Notes under the pieces: generated by a model | Databases searched by the model: none | What the model was told of the DNA's origin: nothing | Seen by the model: the letters and a program-made list of their open reading frames with translations, nothing else | NCBI GenBank assembly: GCA_964466705.1 | Contig: CAYXSM010000014.1 | Location: 28,028-92,027, forward strand | Source of the DNA: an uncultured Rikenellaceae bacterium | GTDB lineage: Bacteria > Bacteroidota > Bacteroidia > Bacteroidales > VadinHA17 | Reading direction: 5' to 3' | DNA length: 64,000 nt | Program-made: the position numbers and the translations under genes | Part shown: in pieces, positions 58,158-64,000 of the stretch | Position numbering within the stretch: the stretch's first letter is position 1 | Layout of the letters: each line of letters starts with the position of its first letter

Positions 58158-59615
58158 CTAACCTGAAACTACACGCGGTTTCTTTCGCAGGATATTAACT
58201 GCGCATAAATAACCTCCATAAATAGCGCCGGAAAAGCCGCCCCCAGTCCTTCCCCATGCAGAAGCAAAATGAAGATTTTCAGGTAGTCTGGAAGTATCAG
58301 TAAATGTTCTGGCGGGTGTCTGTGCAAATCCATAAACCGCACCTCCGGGATTTAATGTATAGCGTTTGAGTGTTAAAGGAGTTCCAACCTCATAGTATTC
58401 AATTACATTTACAATACCAGGGATCAGCTTTTCAAGCCTTTTAATGAAAACTGAAGCCACCATTTCCTTTTTAGAAATATAATCCTTTCTGTTAAGGCCC
58501 TCCCAGTCCTTCAGATAGTCTATGCAGCAAATTGCTCCGACACTTTTCCCGGCGGGAGAGAGCCCGGAGTCAACCTGTCCATAATCTACAAAAGTAAAGC
58601 TACGCGATCTGAAATCATCCATATTGTTAGTGAAAATATCTTTTTGGGATTTTATGGTACTGTCAAATATAAAAGTTGAGTAATTATTGTATCCCAGCTC
58701 CTTAAGCGGAGTATTAAATCCCAGATAAACTGTCAGCAGGGAGGCACCTGTATTCTGTTTAGTTATTTCATTTTTAAGTTCTCTGCCATACTCTCCGGGT
58801 AAAAGATCTGCTACATTGGGAATTGCCGTATTTGCAATTAATTCATCAGCTGAAGCCTCAAAATTTATGCTTCCACAATCATTTTTTCTTTTATAGAGAA
58901 TACCTGTTACTTTATTGTCGTCAGTTTTGATACCGGTAACAAGATGATTTAAAAGAACAACACCTCCATGATTCCTGATAAAGTCAGCCAGATGATTTGA
59001 CAACTTCTGGGAACCCCCTTTGATAAAACTCGCCCCTTCAATGAAATATCTTCCCTGTGCTGCAGTGTAGTATGCAAGCGAAAGGGTGTAGGGATCGTCG
59101 TGAAAATATCCAAGATTTCCAAGAAGTATCAGCTTCAGATCTTCAGTGGTAATTATCGAGTCAATAAATTCGCCGAGACTTTTATCCTGCCCTTCCTTTC
59201 CGGGAGTTTTCTTCTTTGGTTTGATAAGTTGATCAAAATATGCCTTTATGCCGTTTATCTCCTGTGGAAACAGAGCTGACAGTCTTTCAGCTGCAACTTC
59301 AGGATCATGGGGTATCGTCACGTCGTAATTATTATTTATGAACCTGTAGAATTCAGGCAACTTTATGAATTCCACATTCTTAAATACCTCCAGATCGTTG
59401 AATATCCTTGTTTTAATATCCTCTGGTGAGGGTCCGTTCATCTCATGTAATCCCACTTCAAGAATGAAATCTCCTCTTTTAAATGTTGTCGCGTATCCTC
59501 CTGGCCGATCATGCTGTTCAATTAGAAGCACCTTTTTCCCTTCTCTGGAAAGTTTTGCCCCGGCTGTCAATCCGCCAAGGCCTGAGCCGATTATAATTAT
59601 GTCATATTTCATCAT
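58158..59615 (-). CDS. CrtI/phytoene-desaturase-family NAD(P)/FAD oxidoreductase (second paralog)
   Basis: 485 aa. MMKYDIIIIGSGLGGLTAGAKLSREGKKVLLIEQH. Confidence 0.85.
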   Translation of the reverse strand: MMKYDIIIIGSGLGGLTAGAKLSREGKKVLLIEQHDRPGGYATTFKRGDFILEVGLHEMNGPSPEDIKTRIFNDLEVFKNVEFIKLPEFYRFINNNYDVTIPHDPEVAAERLSALFPQEINGIKAYFDQLIKPKKKTPGKEGQDKSLGEFIDSIITTEDLKLILLGNLGYFHDDPYTLSLAYYTAAQGRYFIEGASFIKGGSQKLSNHLADFIRNHGGVVLLNHLVTGIKTDDNKVTGILYKRKNDCGSINFEASADELIANTAIPNVADLLPGEYGRELKNEITKQNTGASLLTVYLGFNTPLKELGYNNYSTFIFDSTIKSQKDIFTNNMDDFRSRSFTFVDYGQVDSGLSPAGKSVGAICCIDYLKDWEGLNRKDYISKKEMVASVFIKRLEKLIPGIVNVIEYYEVGTPLTLKRYTLNPGGAVYGFAQTPARTFTDTSRLPENLHFASAWGRTGGGFSGAIYGGYLCAVNILRKKPRVVSG

Positions 59616-59710
59616 ATAATTTTTATTTTAATGGTCTGATTGCCTCTGATTTTTATTAAAGAGTGATCAAAGTGGCATAAGGTAAAAGAAATTGTTTTTA
59701 AATAATATCT

Positions 59711-60883
59711 TCAACTCCCATTTTCCGGTATGGGGTATCGTTTGAATTCTTTTGATCTGTCGAACAGGTACCTGTATGTGATATAGTTCTTAGCGGGCTT
59801 GCAACCAACGGCAATAAATATTTTTCTCATTCTGGGATTGAAATCTGCAACCCAGGAGAACTCTATTTCCGTGTAATGAGGTTTATGCCTGAAAACATTT
59901 ACAAGGTTATGAATAAATGCCGATTCAATTCCATGATTCTGATACTGTGGGATAACACCCATCAGCAGGCCTTTTGCCCTTGTCATTGTCTTCCTTCTTT
60001 TAAGCCAGAGGAATTTCAGCATGCTTAAAGGATCGAGTTTCCCGTTCAGGTGCCTCAGGATCTGATTAAGATCGGGGAACATCAGAAATATTGCGATCGG
60101 CTTATCTTCAAAATAAGCCAGCCAGATGAACTCCTCATCGACAATAGGCTTTGCTTTTTTAAGGGTTGCACTTATGTATGCCGGCTCAAGAGGTTCAAAA
60201 TGTTCTTTAAAAGAGGCCCATGCCTCATTGAACACTTCAGCAAAGTCCTTTGTGTATTTTTCCTCTTCTTTCCATGAAAAATGCCGGAACTCGTATCCCG
60301 GCTTATTGAGTACCCATTCAGCAATTTTACTTAGTCTTTCCGGCAACGGTTTTGTTATGTCAAGATGAAAGCCTTCCATTTTATAATAAACCTGAAATCC
60401 ATACGATTCAAAAAGTGCCTGATAATAGGGAGGATTATAAGGTACATCGAATGAAGGATGTGTGAAACCGTTTACCAGCAGGCCCCAGTACTTGTCTGTC
60501 TCTCCGAAATTAATGGGGCCATCCATCGCCTCCATTCCTTTCGTTTTCAGCCACTCTTTTGCAGTATCAAAAAGAAGGAATGCGGCATCCTTATCATTAA
60601 CACATTCAAAAAAGCCGATACCTCCTGTAGGTTGGTCATAAGAGCCCGAAAGGTTGAAATCTATGAATGCTGCTATTCTTCCTGCTGATTTTCCCGAAGC
60701 ATCAGCCAGAATCCACCTTTCAGCGATTCCATGCCTGAAATAGGTATTCACGTTGCGATCAAACACTCCTTTTATATCCTTATCGAGAGGACATACCCAG
60801 GTTTCGTCATTCTTATTGATAATCCGGGCAGTATCAAGAAACATCCTTTCCGTTTTCCTGTCTGTTACTTTTAAAAGGTTCAT
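59711..60883 (-). CDS. GNAT-like acyltransferase-fold protein
   Basis: 390 aa. GVIPQYQNHGIESAF resembles the GNAT acyl-CoA-binding Q/RxxGxG/A motif. Confidence 0.6.
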   Translation of the reverse strand: MNLLKVTDRKTERMFLDTARIINKNDETWVCPLDKDIKGVFDRNVNTYFRHGIAERWILADASGKSAGRIAAFIDFNLSGSYDQPTGGIGFFECVNDKDAAFLLFDTAKEWLKTKGMEAMDGPINFGETDKYWGLLVNGFTHPSFDVPYNPPYYQALFESYGFQVYYKMEGFHLDITKPLPERLSKIAEWVLNKPGYEFRHFSWKEEEKYTKDFAEVFNEAWASFKEHFEPLEPAYISATLKKAKPIVDEEFIWLAYFEDKPIAIFLMFPDLNQILRHLNGKLDPLSMLKFLWLKRRKTMTRAKGLLMGVIPQYQNHGIESAFIHNLVNVFRHKPHYTEIEFSWVADFNPRMRKIFIAVGCKPAKNYITYRYLFDRSKEFKRYPIPENGS

Positions 60884-60910
60884 AAGAACAAAATAAAAAG
60901 AACTTTTAAA

Positions 60911-62683
60911 TTATTTCATATAGATCTGCGAAATGAGGCTTTTATATTTATCATGGATGAATTGTCTCTTTAGCTTTAAGGTTGGAGACAATTCCCCGGT
61001 TACAGGCGTCCATTCGTCCTTAACAAGTCTGAACCTGTTCAATCTTTCAGGAGGACTCAGCTTCTTATTCAGGTTTTCAATTTCAGAATAAAAGAACGAC
61101 TGCACCATTGGTTCCCTGATAAGTTCATCATTGTCGGAGAATGAGATCTTCTTTAATTTCTTCCAGTCGTCGAAATATTTAAAATTTGGGGATATTAATG
61201 CACTTGCAAACTTTTGGTGCTCTCCGATCACCATGATCTGGTCTATAATTGGTGATTCCTTAAAAATATTTTCAATTATCTGGGGTGCAATAAACTTACC
61301 ATTTGAGAGCTTGAATATCTCCTTTTTCCTGTCGGTGACCATAAGAAATTTTCCGTCCTCGATATGTCCTATATCTCCTGTGCGGAACCACCCTTCATTA
61401 TCAAAGACCATTTTCGTAAGTTCAGGATCCTTGTAATAACCGGGTGTGACATTCGGGCCTTTGCACAGTATTTCTCCGTCATCGGCTATCTTTATTTGAA
61501 CGCCTTCAATAACAGTTCCTACAGAACCAAGCCTGACATTCCCTTTTTCTGTCCTGTTGATTGTAATGATCGGAGAGGTTTCTGTAAGGCCGTACATATT
61601 TATTATTTTAATCCCTGCTGCCCAGAATATCCTTTCGAGCCTTGGCTGAAGGCTGGCTCCTCCACAACCCACTATTCTGACATTGCCACCCAGGGCCTGG
61701 CGCCATTTGGAGAATATCAGCCAGTCTGCAATTTTTAGTTTTATTCCGTACAGCCATCCGTTTTCACCAAATGGTTTAAATTTCAGTCCCAGATCAACGG
61801 CCCGGAAAAACAATCTTTTTTTCATCCCGTCAAGCTTGTTGCCTTTTGAAATAATGACATCATAAAATTTTTCAAGCACCCTTGGCACAGCATCAAAACC
61901 ATCCGGTTTTATTTCAGCCATGTTTGCGGCTATTGATGCCATGTTTTCGGCATAATAAATACTCGATCCGCTGTACTGGGTCTGATAATTCCCCAGCCTT
62001 CCGCCTACATGGCATAAAGGCAGGATGCTGAGGAATTTATCTTCAGGTTTCAGATTGAAGACATCTGCTGCCGCCAGGAAATTACTTACCATATTCCTGT
62101 GAGTAAGTATTACGCCTTTGGCTCTGCCGGTTGTTCCGGATGTATAGATGAGGGAAGCAAAATCGTCAGGACTGATCGTGCTTTTTATTTTTTCGACAGT
62201 CTGCCTGTGTTTCATGGAGTTCCGCTTTCCGGTTTCCACAATTTCCTTCCAGTTTTTCACTCCGTCGATCTTATCGAAGGAATATATCTTAACAGGCTGA
62301 CCGGATGCTGTGACCGCAAGATCCATAACCTTATGCAGCTTCTTGTCAGATACAATTATGAGTTTCGCTTCGCTGTGGTTGATAATATGTTGATAATCAT
62401 CTACACTAAGGGATGTGAAGACCGGGACGTGAATAACTCCGATAAGTGACATTCCCATGTCGACAAAGTTCCATTCGGAGCGATTGTTCGATACAGTTAT
62501 TATCTTTTCACCTTTCTTTATGTCCAGATCAAGGAGGCCGTAGCTGAAATTATATGAGTAATCAATATAATCTGCCGAACTGTATTTTATCCATATGCCG
62601 TTCTGTTTGGTGCAGAGAGCATCTTCCTTAATGAAATTATCCCTGTACCTGTCAAGAAGATCAAACGTCCGTTCCAAACTCAT
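60911..62683 (-). CDS. Long-chain fatty-acid--CoA ligase (AMP-forming, FadD-like)
   Basis: 590 aa. YTSGTTGRAKGVILTHRN (AMP-binding motif), GYGLTE-like YGLTETSP, TGDIG. Confidence 0.9.
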   Translation of the reverse strand: MSLERTFDLLDRYRDNFIKEDALCTKQNGIWIKYSSADYIDYSYNFSYGLLDLDIKKGEKIITVSNNRSEWNFVDMGMSLIGVIHVPVFTSLSVDDYQHIINHSEAKLIIVSDKKLHKVMDLAVTASGQPVKIYSFDKIDGVKNWKEIVETGKRNSMKHRQTVEKIKSTISPDDFASLIYTSGTTGRAKGVILTHRNMVSNFLAAADVFNLKPEDKFLSILPLCHVGGRLGNYQTQYSGSSIYYAENMASIAANMAEIKPDGFDAVPRVLEKFYDVIISKGNKLDGMKKRLFFRAVDLGLKFKPFGENGWLYGIKLKIADWLIFSKWRQALGGNVRIVGCGGASLQPRLERIFWAAGIKIINMYGLTETSPIITINRTEKGNVRLGSVGTVIEGVQIKIADDGEILCKGPNVTPGYYKDPELTKMVFDNEGWFRTGDIGHIEDGKFLMVTDRKKEIFKLSNGKFIAPQIIENIFKESPIIDQIMVIGEHQKFASALISPNFKYFDDWKKLKKISFSDNDELIREPMVQSFFYSEIENLNKKLSPPERLNRFRLVKDEWTPVTGELSPTLKLKRQFIHDKYKSLISQIYMK

Positions 62684-62770
62684 TTTGTGATCTTTTAAGT
62701 TAAAATTACTAATTGAATGAATATTAAAAAGAAAAAGACCTTCTGATATTCAATTGTTAATTCAGTGCGA

Positions 62771-62899
62771 AAGCCGGTGATCCTGACCACCTCACGCCGG
62801 TAAAAATTGACCACTTAAAGCCTGACTTAATATCATGAGCTAAAGATAAATATAAAAATGTTGATTTTTCCGGTAGAATGTGGTCAGGGCAACCGGCTT
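62771..62899 (+). repeat. Intergenic palindromic repeat, family A, best-preserved copy (A)
   Basis: AAGCCGGTGATCCTGACCAC..CCGGTAAAAATTGACCAC..AT-rich centre..GTTGATTTTTCCGG..GTGGTCAGGGCAACCGGCTT. The outer and inner arms are reverse complements. Confidence 0.85.
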
Positions 62900-63050
62900 C
62901 TGTGCCCAATGACAAAAAATCCATGGACAAAATCATTTTTAACCTGGTAAAGACATAGAATGTGCAAAATCATGTGCTCAGAATCTTACTCATTTTACAG
63001 TTTTGTCCTTAATCCTGAAAGCCCCTTATCAAAGAATTAACTTCGGCACC

Positions 63051-63064
63051 AGGTGGTCAGGATC
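63051..63064 (-). repeat. Family A left-arm fragment in inverted orientation (copy M)
   Basis: AGGTGGTCAGGATC is the reverse complement of GATCCTGACCACCT. Lies about 60 nt downstream of the minus-strand DUF5916 stop. Confidence 0.45.
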
Positions 63065-63122
63065 TCAGACTTCTCCGGGGATGACCACGACAGAAATAGA
63101 ATATAAAGATGACCATTTGATC

Positions 63123-64000
63123 CTACCTGGGCCAGATAAACGTATAGGTATACTTAATCGTAAAAAGATTTCTGTTCATGAAAGGTAGTTCGGGCTGCTT
63201 CCGGGTTAGATTCGTATTATAATCTCCGTTATACACTATATAAAGATCATTCCCTTCGCGGGGATTGTAACGGAACCTGATATTGTTAACACCGAATTTC
63301 TCACTGCTGCTGTACTGACAGAACATCAGAAGCGAAAGTTTAGTGTTAAAAGTATATTCAGATTTGAGCCTCATCAGATGAGATCTGAAATGCTGATCAC
63401 GATCCCGGGTATCAACCTGGCTGTATTGGTAACTTAATCCAAGATTAATATTTGAAGAAATCCTGAAATTAACCTGAGCCGGAGTCAGATCGATGTACGT
63501 ACCGTCGTAATATCCTCCCATTGTTATCATATAATTAAAAGATATTAACTTGTTAGAAGGAGTATTGAAGCCGGTTTCGAAATTATAATAATTATATAAT
63601 CCCACAGGGAAAAATACATTATCCGACAAGTCGAACTGTTCGGTAAGATAATCCTGGTGCCAGAAGAGGTCAAGCCAGCCGCCATACCCATTTTTAAAGG
63701 CGAAATTATAACCAAGTGAATATGTTGAAAGAAATGTCTTCCAGTCTTCATTGGTCTTATTGATCCATGCCCAGGCCATTATATACTGCCTCAGCAACTT
63801 TTTATTTTCATCATTATAAACCCACCCGTAGCCTGTTTGACCATAAAACTGGGTATAGTTTTCCATTTGTTCAAAGCCCATCTGGGGGTCATAATATTCC
63901 CCTGCCCGTGCAAAAGTAAAGTCATAGTTCAGACCGACTGTTGCACGATTTTGCCAGTCAAAATTGAACTTGGCATGATTCAGCGGATTTCCTGTGTATG
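63123..64000 (-). CDS. DUF5916-type protein, C-terminal part (N-terminus beyond the right edge)
   Basis: The frame is open to base 64000; the track starts it at the first internal Met. C-terminus RFRYNPREGNDLYIVYNGDYN parallels WEYRLGSFIYLVWSGERTG of the 13754 paralog. Confidence 0.7.
   Translation of the reverse strand, partial: YTGNPLNHAKFNFDWQNRATVGLNYDFTFARAGEYYDPQMGFEQMENYTQFYGQTGYGWVYNDENKKLLRQYIMAWAWINKTNEDWKTFLSTYSLGYNFAFKNGYGGWLDLFWHQDYLTEQFDLSDNVFFPVGLYNYYNFETGFNTPSNKLISFNYMITMGGYYDGTYIDLTPAQVNFRISSNINLGLSYQYSQVDTRDRDQHFRSHLMRLKSEYTFNTKLSLLMFCQYSSSEKFGVNNIRFRYNPREGNDLYIVYNGDYNTNLTRKQPELPFMNRNLFTIKYTYTFIWPR

Overview
The window is a 64-kb chromosomal segment that reads like a Bacteroidota genome. 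Supporting signs are TTTG/TAnnTTTG-type promoters, many lipoprotein and Sec signals, and DUF5916, GHL10, GH99-like and TPR-SpoIIE proteins. I support about 46 protein genes and find no rRNA, tRNA or real CRISPR array.

Gene content, left to right:
- A Tat-exported PsrA/PhsA-like molybdopterin oxidoreductase, cut by the left edge and missing from the ORF track.
- Pirin, then a tryptophanase/tyrosine-phenol-lyase family gene with a structured leader.
- A URO-D-like protein, a Tat aldo/keto reductase and an APC permease.
- A loose glycan-processing neighbourhood without SusC/SusD: two DUF5916 genes, GHL10, GH99-like, a clan GH-A hydrolase, GH18 and CE4.
- An M1 peptidase and amidohydrolase pair, and a solitary AAA+/DUF4143 ATPase.
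- NTF2-like lipoproteins and a Tat-signal SelA-like PLP enzyme.
- An IS200/RAYT Y1 transposase flanked by inverted REP hairpins.
- Two operons built around CrtI-family flavoenzymes.
- A TPR-SpoIIE phosphatase and a Tat enolase-superfamily enzyme.

I did not find a convincing new multi-gene defence-type system. The most unusual signals are non-coding:
1. At least 15 copies of a 110-130-bp intergenic repeat superfamily, 11 of them starting 0-107 nt after the stop codon of a co-oriented gene.
2. A conserved promoter module, TTG-N20-TAAATTTG, whose spacer is also conserved.
3. A promoter, Tyr-rich mini-ORF and intrinsic terminator in front of the lyase gene.
4. A REPtron next to a decayed chimeric gene.
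5. Three gene remnants.

All functional calls rest on motif recognition by eye. No database search was run.
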